In this document: positions 51,925-61,825 of the stretch, piece by piece
How the letters are laid out: each line of letters begins with the position of its first letter
Position numbering within the stretch: position 1 is the stretch's first letter
From: Candidatus Kapaibacterium sp.
GTDB lineage: Bacteria > Bacteroidota > Ignavibacteria > Kapaibacteriales > UBA2268
Direction: 5' to 3'
Assembly: GCA_013414795.1 (NCBI GenBank)
Contig: CP058732.1
Coordinates: 2,162,231 to 2,226,230, forward strand
Length of the DNA: 64,000 nt
Notes under the pieces: model-generated
The model's database searches: none
What the model was told of the DNA's origin: nothing
Seen by the model: the letters and a program-made list of their open reading frames with translations, nothing else
Translations under genes and position numbers: made by a program

Positions 51925-52575
51925 TTATTCGTTTTTCTGCAATATCTCGTTTACAATATCCACAAATTCAGACAGAATCATAGCAGTCGCCCCCCAAAGT
52001 GGAACTGAACTGTGAATGTTCCAAACTGGCACGTCGACGACTTTCCCATTTAAATTCCATTTTTCAACTTTTCTATTGCTTTCATTCAAAAAGTATTCGA
52101 GTGCGAAAAGAATAGTCTCCTCCACCTCATCAGTATTTATTTTGAAGTCACTTAGACTTTCAGTATATCCAACAACTGGAATAATAATCGTTTCGGAGGG
52201 TGGAACATACAATTCAGACATTAATCCAAGAACTTGAACTGCGGTTGGTTGAATTCCAACTTCTTCATACGCTTCACGAAGAGCGGTTGTAACAGCGTCT
52301 TCCCCAAATTCACAATGACCGCCAGGAAAACTTATTTGCTTTTTGTGGTGTTGGACATTGGAACTCCGCAAAGTGAACAACAGGTTCAATTCTTCAAAAG
52401 TCTTTCCAATCATCAGCAAAAGCACTGAACTTTTTCTGGTTTTACCTTTCGGAACAAGAGGACGATATGGTTGCCCACCAATTTTTGGTGACATCTTCAA
52501 ATGGGAACTCACCCCTTTCAAAGACTTTGAATTTAGAACTAATTTTAATTCTTCTAAAAACAATTGCAATTTCAT
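51925..52575 (-). CDS. Nudix CoA pyrophosphatase
   Basis: QISFPGG...ALREAYEEVG, WGATA. Confidence 0.9.
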   Translation of the reverse strand: MKLQLFLEELKLVLNSKSLKGVSSHLKMSPKIGGQPYRPLVPKGKTRKSSVLLLMIGKTFEELNLLFTLRSSNVQHHKKQISFPGGHCEFGEDAVTTALREAYEEVGIQPTAVQVLGLMSELYVPPSETIIIPVVGYTESLSDFKINTDEVEETILFALEYFLNESNRKVEKWNLNGKVVDVPVWNIHSSVPLWGATAMILSEFVDIVNEILQKNE

Positions 52576-52579
52576 TTCA

Positions 52580-53797
52580 TCACTTTATAAATCTTATGGC
52601 TCTTACTGGATTAACTTTCGAAGCAATAATCGACGGAATAATAGAAATAACAAATGTAAGTGTTAAGGTAAAAACAACCACCACCGCATAATTCCAAAAT
52701 GAAATTGAAATGGGCAAGAAACTGAAATAGTAAATCTTGCTGTCCAAGTGAATTATTCCAAAATTTTTTTGCAAAAGAGAAAAAATCAATGAAACACCAA
52801 CGCCAAGAATTAGCCCAACAAAAGAAATCTTCATTCCCAAACTTAAGAATACAAAAGCAATTTCTTTGGAAGTGAATCCGAGCGTAGAAAATATTCCAAT
52901 GCTTTTAGTTTTCTCAACTACATTCACAAGCAAAAAGGTAACAACATTGAAAATTGCCACAAGAGTTATCAAACTCAGAACAATAGGAATGGGTTCCTTT
53001 TGCAACTCAATCCAAGCGAAAATTGATGAATGCAAATCGTAATAAGTGAAGCAATAGAAAGGATAACCCAAGGAACTTTCTATCTTTGATGAAACAGTAT
53101 CGACTATTCTTAAATCTTTGACATAAACATCAATTGCGTTCGCAACTTGGTTTTGTTCGGGGTAAAGTTTATAAAATAAGTCAAAATTTGCATAAGCAAA
53201 CAAATCATCATACTTTGCCATTCCAGATTCAAAAACCCCAGCAATAGTTGTTCGAACAAATTTTGCTTCGGGTAGCGAAAAACTATCTAACACATTAATT
53301 GACATTATAAGCACCGAATCTCCTATTTTCAAGCCAAGCCTATCGGCAAGCATTTTACCAACAATTATTCCATCGATATTAAAGACATCTTTATTTTGGG
53401 TTAATTCAACCCTTTTCAAACTTTCAATGTTCTTCGAATTAAGGCTTTGGAGAGCAATTCCTTCCACTGCGTGTTGAGTACGAATAAGAACTTCCTTCGA
53501 AACAGTTGGAAAAGCATTTTCAACCCCTTCAACCGCAAGAATTTTGTAAACAACTTGATTGACATTTTCGATTGGTTGACGATTGAATGTAAGAACTTTT
53601 ATGTGGGAAGTGAATCTAATAGCATTCTCCTGAATTGCATTCTGAAAGCCATCGAGTATTGAAGTGGATACCAAAAGAGCGATAACACCAAGAGATATGC
53701 TCACAATAGCAGCCCACCAGACAAAATTAACAAAACCACGGCGATTCTCACCAGATGAATACTTGCGAACTACAAATTTTACAGCATCAAAATTCAT
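52580..53797 (-). CDS. LolC/E-like ABC permease
   Basis: FtsX-like architecture: TM, periplasmic domain, three C-terminal TMs, P...A.KVNP. Confidence 0.85.
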   Translation of the reverse strand: MNFDAVKFVVRKYSSGENRRGFVNFVWWAAIVSISLGVIALLVSTSILDGFQNAIQENAIRFTSHIKVLTFNRQPIENVNQVVYKILAVEGVENAFPTVSKEVLIRTQHAVEGIALQSLNSKNIESLKRVELTQNKDVFNIDGIIVGKMLADRLGLKIGDSVLIMSINVLDSFSLPEAKFVRTTIAGVFESGMAKYDDLFAYANFDLFYKLYPEQNQVANAIDVYVKDLRIVDTVSSKIESSLGYPFYCFTYYDLHSSIFAWIELQKEPIPIVLSLITLVAIFNVVTFLLVNVVEKTKSIGIFSTLGFTSKEIAFVFLSLGMKISFVGLILGVGVSLIFSLLQKNFGIIHLDSKIYYFSFLPISISFWNYAVVVVFTLTLTFVISIIPSIIASKVNPVRAIRFIK

Positions 53798-54981
53798 AAA
53801 ACATTCGTAAAAGATAATGCAATTTTTACAAACATAGCAATTCCATATTTGATTGAATTTTCATCTGGATTGTATTTGGACGAGTGCAATCCAAAAATTT
53901 CTCCGTTGTAACCTTTTGGTTTAACACCAAGAAACCAAAAAACAGAGGGAACTACTCGAGAGTAGTAAGCAAAATCTTCTGCCCACATTTTTGGCTTGAA
54001 TTTTAAAACATTATCCGAGCCAAGCAAATCCTTTGCAACTCCTTCAACAAAGTTAACAAGTTCATCATTGTTTTCCAAAGGCGGATAACCCAAAATCGGT
54101 TCAAAAAAAATCTCCACATTGAACATATTCGAAATTGAGTTAGAAATCTTTTCTATGTGGGTTAATGCCTTTTTTCGAGAATTTTCATTGAAAGTGCGGA
54201 GAGTCCCCATAATTTTAACTTCATCAGGATAGATGTTGGTTGCAAACCCGCCTCGAATGGAAGTAATTGCAAGATGTAAGGGTTCAAGCGGGTCTTTAAT
54301 TCGATTTGGCAAGTCGTACAGTGAGTTTGCAAGGGCAACAGAAGCACGAATTGGGTCGACACCTAAATGTGGTTGTGCAGCGTGGGAACTTTTGCCACGA
54401 ACAGTCCAATAAAGTTCATCGGCAGAAGCCATTATTGTTCCAGGTGAAACTGAAATGCAACCAACTTCATTTTCGGGGTCAGTATGTTCCCCAAAAACTG
54501 CTACCACATTGGGATTGTGAAGAATTCCCTCTTCAATCAATTTCTTCGCCCCGCCAGGAAGTTTTTCTTCTGCGGGTTGAAAAATTAACTTCACTCGAAC
54601 CGGAAGCAAATTTTCGAACTTTTTCAAAAGAATTGCTGTACCAAGCAGTACGGAAGTATGAATGTCGTGACCACAAGCGTGCATAACCCCTTGATTTTTA
54701 GAAGCATAAGGCAAATTTGTTTCCTCTTGTATGGGCAAAGCGTCAATGTCGGCACGAAATGCAATGCACTTTTCCTCGGCGGGATTTCCAATTAATGCTA
54801 CAACACCAGTATTTGCAATGCGAGAATTTTCAATTCCCAACCTGGTAAGATAAGTTTGAATAAACTCGGAAGTTTTGAACTCTTGAAATGATAATTCTGG
54901 TTTGCTATGTAAGAAACGCCGAGCCTCGACAACTTCGCTGAAAATTCTATCAATTTCCAAAAATAATTGGTCTGTTGTCAT
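53794..54981 (-). CDS. M20 family amidohydrolase
   Basis: PELS, RADIDALP, MHACGHD, FQPAEE, AEDF. Confidence 0.92.
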   Translation of the reverse strand: MTTDQLFLEIDRIFSEVVEARRFLHSKPELSFQEFKTSEFIQTYLTRLGIENSRIANTGVVALIGNPAEEKCIAFRADIDALPIQEETNLPYASKNQGVMHACGHDIHTSVLLGTAILLKKFENLLPVRVKLIFQPAEEKLPGGAKKLIEEGILHNPNVVAVFGEHTDPENEVGCISVSPGTIMASADELYWTVRGKSSHAAQPHLGVDPIRASVALANSLYDLPNRIKDPLEPLHLAITSIRGGFATNIYPDEVKIMGTLRTFNENSRKKALTHIEKISNSISNMFNVEIFFEPILGYPPLENNDELVNFVEGVAKDLLGSDNVLKFKPKMWAEDFAYYSRVVPSVFWFLGVKPKGYNGEIFGLHSSKYNPDENSIKYGIAMFVKIALSFTNVL

Positions 54982-55045
54982 AAAATATCTTTTTATTAAC
55001 TTGCTTTGATAAAAATCAACAAGTTAATATTTTTTTGGGAAATAT

Positions 55046-56893
55046 TTGGAAACATTGCATAACAACAAGATACACATTCTACCAGAATACATAGCCAATC
55101 AAATTGCGGCTGGCGAAGTTGTCCAGCGACCTGAATCTGTTGTAAAGGAACTTGTTGAAAATTCGCTCGACGCCGAGGCTAAAACAATCGCCGTTGTTAT
55201 ACACAAAGGGGGAAAGCAACTAATTCACGTCGTCGACGATGGTGTCGGAATGAGCAAAGAAGATTTAGCACTTTCGATAAAACGACACGCAACAAGTAAA
55301 ATTTACACAGCCGAAGACCTTGAAGCAATTCTAACATACGGGTTTCGTGGCGAGGCTCTTGCCTCGATTGCATCGGTTGCTAATCTGGAAATTCGCACTA
55401 AAAGAAAAGAAGATGAGATTGGTTGGAGATTGATTTCTGAACCCAACAAAGAACCGACCATAGAACCCATTTCGATGGATAACGGAACCCAAGTGTTCGT
55501 AAGAAATTTATTTTTCAATGTCCCCGCAAGACGTAAGTTTTTAAAATCCGACATTACAGAGTTTCGCTACATTTCTGATACACTTCTGAAAATTGCACTT
55601 TGTAGGAACGATGTGCGTTTTGTCTTTTACGACGAGGACTCGCTTGTCTTCGATGTCTACCCATCAAGTCCAAAGCAAAGAATTAGGGAACTACTGGGCG
55701 AAAACATTTACTCATCCATTTTGGATGTTGACTACGAATATGCTGGAATTAGAATCCACGGTTTCATTGGTCAACCACATTTAGCAAAAACAGCACGGGC
55801 AGAGCAATATCTGTTTCTAAACGGTAGGAGCATTCGCAGTCGTGCTTTAAACTATGCTGTTCTGCTTGCATACGAACATTTACTTGAAAAGCAAACAAAT
55901 CCATTCTTTCTTTTGCATATTGAACTCGACCCGAGAAGATACGACGTTAATGTCCATCCTCAAAAGCACGAAGTAAAATTTGATGATGAAAAATTCATCT
56001 TTAATGTGATAAATTCTGCTGTTGCCAAAACTTTAGCAGAAAACAATCTTGCCCCAGCATTATCAATTGAAGCCAAGTTTGAACCTTTTCAAAAAGTTTC
56101 AACCGAACAGCCAGAGAAATCACAACCAACTCAATTTGTGAACAAAATTACTGGAGAAATTATCGACAAAAGCAATTTCCAACAATCCCAAAAGAATTTC
56201 GATTTCAAAAGCAATTTCAAGTTCAAATATCAAGGCAAACCAGAACAGTCAATCAAATCGAATATCGACAATCTTTTGCAATCCATTGAGCAAACTTCTC
56301 TGACCGTTGAAACACAAAAACAATGGAAAACAATCACACAAATTCACAACAAGTTCATTTTGATTGAGAAAGAAGACAGAATTGTCATCATCGACCAACA
56401 CGCAGCGCACGAAAGAATTCTGTTCGAAAAAGCAAGAAAAGCCGTCTACGAAAACGAACGAAATATTCAACAGTTACTATTTCCGCTATCAATAGATTTA
56501 AATCCCTTGGAATTTTCGATTGCCAAAGAGATTTTGCCAGAATTAAGGAATCTTGGCTTTATTTTAGAATTGCAAAATAACGGTGAACTTGAACTTTTCG
56601 GTGTGCCGACGGACATAATTCACAATGAACCAGTCGATATTTTGAAAGAGATTATTTCCTCTTTTGGAGAAACGACAGAAATAAAGAATTCAAACACTAG
56701 GGAATATCTAATAGCCACTTACAGTTGCAAAGCAGCAATAAAGACTGGTCAGCCGTTATCTGTCCAAGAAATGGAAGCACTCGTAAATGAATTATATAAA
56801 TGTGAAATCCCCTACGCTTGCCCACACGGGCGACCAACAATTATTGAAATGTCCTTCGATGAATTAGACAAAACTTTTTGCCGTAATTTGTAG
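55046..56893 (+). CDS. mutL: DNA mismatch repair protein MutL
   Basis: IAAGEV, GFRGEAL, DQHAAHER, CPHGRP. Confidence 0.97.
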   Translation: METLHNNKIHILPEYIANQIAAGEVVQRPESVVKELVENSLDAEAKTIAVVIHKGGKQLIHVVDDGVGMSKEDLALSIKRHATSKIYTAEDLEAILTYGFRGEALASIASVANLEIRTKRKEDEIGWRLISEPNKEPTIEPISMDNGTQVFVRNLFFNVPARRKFLKSDITEFRYISDTLLKIALCRNDVRFVFYDEDSLVFDVYPSSPKQRIRELLGENIYSSILDVDYEYAGIRIHGFIGQPHLAKTARAEQYLFLNGRSIRSRALNYAVLLAYEHLLEKQTNPFFLLHIELDPRRYDVNVHPQKHEVKFDDEKFIFNVINSAVAKTLAENNLAPALSIEAKFEPFQKVSTEQPEKSQPTQFVNKITGEIIDKSNFQQSQKNFDFKSNFKFKYQGKPEQSIKSNIDNLLQSIEQTSLTVETQKQWKTITQIHNKFILIEKEDRIVIIDQHAAHERILFEKARKAVYENERNIQQLLFPLSIDLNPLEFSIAKEILPELRNLGFILELQNNGELELFGVPTDIIHNEPVDILKEIISSFGETTEIKNSNTREYLIATYSCKAAIKTGQPLSVQEMEALVNELYKCEIPYACPHGRPTIIEMSFDELDKTFCRNL

Positions 56894-56900
56894 AATCATT

Positions 56901-57563
56901 CTACTTCTTGGGCATATAGTCCGGGGGTCGAAGTGCACAAGGTTTACCACCACGGAACATATTACAGAAGAAGCCGCCACCCCCACCACCTGGTATTCCA
57001 CCTGGACTTGAATCGAAAAAGCACAAACAAAGATAATATGGCACATTACAAGTGCCTGGGCAAAAACAAACTACACAAGGAGAAGCACAATCACAAGATA
57101 CGACCACATCTTCCTGTTCTGGTGGCTGTTTCTCGCTTGGTGGTCTGTCTGGTTGTGTTTGCAATTTGGCTGGAGAAGTACTTTGCGAAAAGCGAATTCT
57201 CTTCGGGTCGTTAGGTAGCCGAATCAAATACCTATCTTTACGATTTTTGGACTTTTCCTTGAGTATCGCCACCAACATTGCATTTTTCCCAAGACTATCG
57301 AGCAATCTGTCGAATTCCTCGAAATTTTTCTGGGTCCAAGCACGTTTGATATTATTGAACATAGTTTCGAATTTCCTATCGGTGAAGTAGTTGAAATAAT
57401 CGAGCACGGAGAAAAGTGTGTAGGTCGAGACTTTGATAATTTCCTTATTCTGCATAGAAGATAAAGGCTGTGCTTGATTAGAGGATAAAGGTATTTGCGA
57501 ATATGAAGAGGAAGAAAAATTGAAAAGAATCACGAATAGGAACAAAAAAACAAATACTTTCAT
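56901..57563 (-). CDS. Hypothetical secreted protein with a 10-Cys C-terminal domain
   Basis: GGAGGA RBS before ATG 57563; signal peptide; helical region; P/Q linker; Cys-rich tail. Confidence 0.75.
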   Translation of the reverse strand: MKVFVFLFLFVILFNFSSSSYSQIPLSSNQAQPLSSMQNKEIIKVSTYTLFSVLDYFNYFTDRKFETMFNNIKRAWTQKNFEEFDRLLDSLGKNAMLVAILKEKSKNRKDRYLIRLPNDPKRIRFSQSTSPAKLQTQPDRPPSEKQPPEQEDVVVSCDCASPCVVCFCPGTCNVPYYLCLCFFDSSPGGIPGGGGGGFFCNMFRGGKPCALRPPDYMPKK

Positions 57564-57624
57564 TTGTTCCTCCAAAATATTACCTATTAAATTAATGAAA
57601 AATTCTTTGAAATCAACAAGTTAA

Positions 57625-58839
57625 TTATTTAGATTGATGTTTTTGGGTTTCTCTTTCTTTGAGAATATTTACAAAAATCGATTTTGTACGATGAATAAGT
57701 TGACGAGTAATTTTATCAACTTTTTCCAAATCGCTTGGATTTATTTGGCTAATATATTCTTCAAGTAATTCCTTGCGAACACGCTCAAATCTTTCTGCAA
57801 ACGGTTCAAAGATTTCGTCTTCAATGCTTTCTTGCCAAGCAAGGAATGAATCCACTTCATTCTTAATAATCTTTTCACAAAGGGGAAGTTCTTCCAATTT
57901 GATTTGTTGTTGTTTATCGAGGTGGGTTTTTAATTTCTCAATGTCGTAATATTCTATGTCTTCAATCAAGCCATCGACTTCCACATCTCTTGGTATAGCA
58001 AGGTCGAGAATTATGCGAGGTTTTTTATATTCTTTATAGGAATCGTTTACATCTTTTGAAGAGATTATTGGAACTGGCGAGCCAGTCGATGTGAAAACAA
58101 TTTCAGATTGGGTTAGAACATTACTCAACTCGGACAATGGTTTTGCACTACAAAAGTATTGCTCTGCAAGAGCCTGTGCCTTATGTAATGTACGATTAAC
58201 AAAGATAATATTTCTAAAATTAACTTTTGCAAGTTCGTCGGCAAGAATTTTGGTGTTCTCGTTCACTCCGATGATTGCAACAGTGGTATGGTCATTAATG
58301 GCGTTGAGAACAATTTCGGAAGCCATTCCAGAAACCGAAAACCTTCCCTTTCCAATGGAAGTGGAGTTTCGAACCAATTTCCCACATCGGAACGCAGCGT
58401 GAAACAGCCTGTGGAGAATTTTGTCAACAGTTTTCACCTGGCAAGCAATACTATAGGCATCTTTCACTTGTCCTTGTATCTGGTATTCCCCAAGCACAAG
58501 AGAATCTAAACCAGAAATGACTTTAAACAAGTGTTCAACCGCTTTTGAATCGGAATATGCGTAAAATATCTTTTTCTTTTTCGAAATATCTTTTTGGAAA
58601 ACTTCCTTAAAGAAATCTTCCACTATTTTAAAAGGTTTTAAAGTTGAAGAATGAGTAAAGTAGATTTCAAATCTATTGCAAGTGGAAACAAAAACCACTC
58701 CTTCGATACCAATTTGAGAAGCAAATATTTTTAGAAAATTGTTGAAATCTCTGCGATGAATTTGAAAATACTCCAAATCCTCAATAGGGGCAGTTTTAAT
58801 GCTCAACCCAACAACTGAAATTTTAATGTCGCCATTCAT
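57625..58839 (-). CDS. hemA: Glutamyl-tRNA reductase
   Basis: STCNR, SGLDSLVLGE.QI.GQVK, NRT, DLAIPRD. Confidence 0.93.
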   Translation of the reverse strand: MNGDIKISVVGLSIKTAPIEDLEYFQIHRRDFNNFLKIFASQIGIEGVVFVSTCNRFEIYFTHSSTLKPFKIVEDFFKEVFQKDISKKKKIFYAYSDSKAVEHLFKVISGLDSLVLGEYQIQGQVKDAYSIACQVKTVDKILHRLFHAAFRCGKLVRNSTSIGKGRFSVSGMASEIVLNAINDHTTVAIIGVNENTKILADELAKVNFRNIIFVNRTLHKAQALAEQYFCSAKPLSELSNVLTQSEIVFTSTGSPVPIISSKDVNDSYKEYKKPRIILDLAIPRDVEVDGLIEDIEYYDIEKLKTHLDKQQQIKLEELPLCEKIIKNEVDSFLAWQESIEDEIFEPFAERFERVRKELLEEYISQINPSDLEKVDKITRQLIHRTKSIFVNILKERETQKHQSK

Positions 58840-58881
58840 TTTTCTTCTGTAAAAAAAGTAAATTAATCCATCGGAATATTA

Positions 58882-60546
58882 CTACAAAGCACTATTCAAC
58901 ATTTGTAACCCACCAGCAAGATAGCCAACCTTTTTTGCACCAAGATGTTTCAATGCGATTGCAATTTCCAGCGAACGTGGTCCTTTTTGGCACACACACA
59001 ATATCCTTGAACCTAAGTCAAGTTTTTGGATTTCGTTCCTCCAATTATCGTAGTCAATGTGAATAAACTCGCAATCCAACGGCATTTCCTTAATCTCATT
59101 TTCCTTTCTTAAATCCACAATATTCCATTCTTTTCTGTACTTTTCGAATTCGACAGAGGAAACTGGCGTAATTCCAAATCTTTCTTGATTTTCAATTATT
59201 CCCCCAAGGTAATTCAACGGATTCAATGGTGAAGAGTGCGGTGGCGTATAGCAATGCTCAACGTCGAGCAAGTCTTTGTATGTTGCTCCACGCTCGAGAA
59301 GTACCGTGAAAATGTCCACATAGCGAGTTACTTCTCCTTTTCCACACATTTGCAAACCGAGAAGGCGACCGCTTTCCTTTTCATAAAGTGCTTTTGCAAA
59401 GAGGACTTTTGCTTCTGGGTAGTAATGTGGTCGGTCGTAAAAGGAGGCACACGCAAACGAAAAAGAAATGCTATCCTTGTAACAACAACTTGTGGAAATG
59501 CCAGTGCTTGCGAAGATTGTATCAAAAACTTTCAAAGAAATACTACCTACTGCTCCTTTGAAAGTGCTTGCCAACCCAGCAATGTTGTCGGCAACGACTC
59601 TTCCTTGACGATTTGCAAGCGAACCAAGAGCAAAAACATCTTTCTTATGAGTAACTAAATTGTTGATTTCAATGCAATCGCCCGCTGCGAAGAGATTTTC
59701 AAAATTTGTTCGAAGCGTTTCATCAACATAAATTCCACCACAAGCCCCAAGTGTTATTCCAGACTTTTCGGCAAGTTCAACATTTGGCTTTACTCCAAGC
59801 GTCAGAAAAACATAATCTGTTTCAATATTTCCTTTCGAGGTGTGAACAATAAGTGTGTCATTTTTTTGCTCGATTTGGTTCACTATTGTATTAACTAAAA
59901 CATTTATTCCATTGGATTGGAACAAGGAATTTAGAACATTGGAAATTTCTGGGTCGAAGGAACGAGACAAAAGACAATTCTCTTTCTCGATTAAAGTTAC
60001 ATCAATTCCCCAAAGAGAAGTAACAGCCTCTGCAAGTTCGCAGCCAACGAAACCGCCACCAATTATTGTAGCATTCGAAATTTTACCTTGTTCGGCAAGT
60101 TGCCTAAATTTTTTTGCATCAGTCGGACAATGAAAGAACGAAATCCTTTCGCTTTGTTGATAACCAAACGGTGGTTCAATAGGTTTCGAACCAGCCGCCA
60201 CCACCAGAAAATCGTAACTTAAAATGCTTTTTTTACCGAATTTGTCAACTATTTCAACGAAGTTATGCTCTGGGACAATTTTGGTGCAAGTTGTTTCAGT
60301 AAGTACCTTGACATTTTTTGCATTATGAAAAAATTCAGGAGTTCGAACAGTTCCCCAAGCAGTGGACATTAAATCGTCGAAACTTTCAACTTCCCCGCTT
60401 GCAAAGAATGGCATCCCGCAAGCACCAAACGACACGAATGGCAATTTTTCCACAATAACTATTTCTGTATCTGGTTCAAGACGACGCAATCGGGCAGCAG
60501 TTTTGCACCCAGCCGCCATCCCGCCAATTATTACAACTTTTTTCAT
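58882..60546 (-). CDS. CoA-disulfide/persulfide reductase-like flavoprotein with C-terminal rhodanese
   Basis: IIGGMAAG, SFGACG, GGGFVG, AAGDC, YTPP; rhodanese CQKGPRS. Confidence 0.88.
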   Translation of the reverse strand: MKKVVIIGGMAAGCKTAARLRRLEPDTEIVIVEKLPFVSFGACGMPFFASGEVESFDDLMSTAWGTVRTPEFFHNAKNVKVLTETTCTKIVPEHNFVEIVDKFGKKSILSYDFLVVAAGSKPIEPPFGYQQSERISFFHCPTDAKKFRQLAEQGKISNATIIGGGFVGCELAEAVTSLWGIDVTLIEKENCLLSRSFDPEISNVLNSLFQSNGINVLVNTIVNQIEQKNDTLIVHTSKGNIETDYVFLTLGVKPNVELAEKSGITLGACGGIYVDETLRTNFENLFAAGDCIEINNLVTHKKDVFALGSLANRQGRVVADNIAGLASTFKGAVGSISLKVFDTIFASTGISTSCCYKDSISFSFACASFYDRPHYYPEAKVLFAKALYEKESGRLLGLQMCGKGEVTRYVDIFTVLLERGATYKDLLDVEHCYTPPHSSPLNPLNYLGGIIENQERFGITPVSSVEFEKYRKEWNIVDLRKENEIKEMPLDCEFIHIDYDNWRNEIQKLDLGSRILCVCQKGPRSLEIAIALKHLGAKKVGYLAGGLQMLNSAL

Positions 60547-60727
60547 AGTTCTTTCATTTGAACAAAATGTAAATTATTTAGTTTTAGGCTATGTTCTTCA
60601 ATAATTCCCAGAATGTATTTACTTTGTTGTATACTTCAAAAAATCCATCTTCTTGCAATAATTTTACTTGTTTAAACTCTACGAGCATTTTAGATTTCAT
60701 AATTTTGGTGTTTTTATTATTTAGAAA

Positions 60728-61825
60728 ATGAATATTTGTTTTCTTGTAAACTTAACTGGTTTTGGAGGGCTGGAAATTCAGACCTTACTACGGGCAAAAG
60801 ATAGTCGGGAGCGAGGGCATCTCTCTATTGTGGTTACCCGAAGAAATACCCGCTCCGAACAATTTGCTAAATCAAACGGACTATCGGTGGAATATCTCGC
60901 TGGAAGCACAATTCTCGAATCATTCAAATTATCGAAAATTTTCGATAAATATGAAATAAACATTTGCATTGTGCCAAAAACTAATCTTTTACCACTGGCT
61001 TTACTTGGAAGAAAGTTTTCAAAATCCAAACCAAAAATTATTTTCTATCAACAAATGCAATCTGGTATTAACAAAAAAGACATTTATCACAACATTATAT
61101 ACAAAAACCTCGATGGTGCAATAGTACTTACTTCAAAAATGAAAACAATGCTTATCGAAACAACCAATATAAATCCCGAAAGAGTTTTTGTTGTTCCTTA
61201 CGGTGTCGATTGGGAAGCCTTTCAAAATGAAAAGCACAAAAGAGAGGAAAACCGAAAGTTGCTTGGCATCCCAAATGATAAATTCGTAATTGGTTGCGTT
61301 GGTCGAATCGAACCATTGAAAGGACAAGATACATTGCTCGTGGCATTTGCAAAAGCAAAAATTCCAAATTCCTTATTGATTTTTGCTGGCTCGGTAGATA
61401 ATCAAAACTACCTTTCTAAATTGCAAAAAATTGCAAAGGATTTCCAAATCAGCAAACAAACGCTATTCTTTGAATTCACTTGTGAAGTGCCAAAGTTAAT
61501 GAGTACGCTGGATACATTCGTTATGCCCTCCTTATCCGAAACTTTTGGGCTTGTTCTTGTCGAGGCAATGGCTACATCTCTCCCAGTTATTGCCACAAAT
61601 TCTGGCGGAGTCCCAGAAATCGTTGAACACAGCGTCGACGGTTTACTATTTGAACCAAAGGATAGCGAGGAACTTTCCAAATTGCTTATACATTTACATC
61701 AGAACAATGAAATTGCAAAAACATTGGGACAGAATGCACTCGAGAAAGTTAAAATCAAATTTGATTACCGAAAAAACGTTAATAAATTTTTTGAAGTTTG
61801 TAACTTAATTAACTCAAGTAAATGA
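60728..61825 (+). CDS. Glycosyltransferase family 4
   Basis: GRIEPLKG, ETFGLVLVEAMA. Confidence 0.92.
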   Translation: MNICFLVNLTGFGGLEIQTLLRAKDSRERGHLSIVVTRRNTRSEQFAKSNGLSVEYLAGSTILESFKLSKIFDKYEINICIVPKTNLLPLALLGRKFSKSKPKIIFYQQMQSGINKKDIYHNIIYKNLDGAIVLTSKMKTMLIETTNINPERVFVVPYGVDWEAFQNEKHKREENRKLLGIPNDKFVIGCVGRIEPLKGQDTLLVAFAKAKIPNSLLIFAGSVDNQNYLSKLQKIAKDFQISKQTLFFEFTCEVPKLMSTLDTFVMPSLSETFGLVLVEAMATSLPVIATNSGGVPEIVEHSVDGLLFEPKDSEELSKLLIHLHQNNEIAKTLGQNALEKVKIKFDYRKNVNKFFEVCNLINSSK

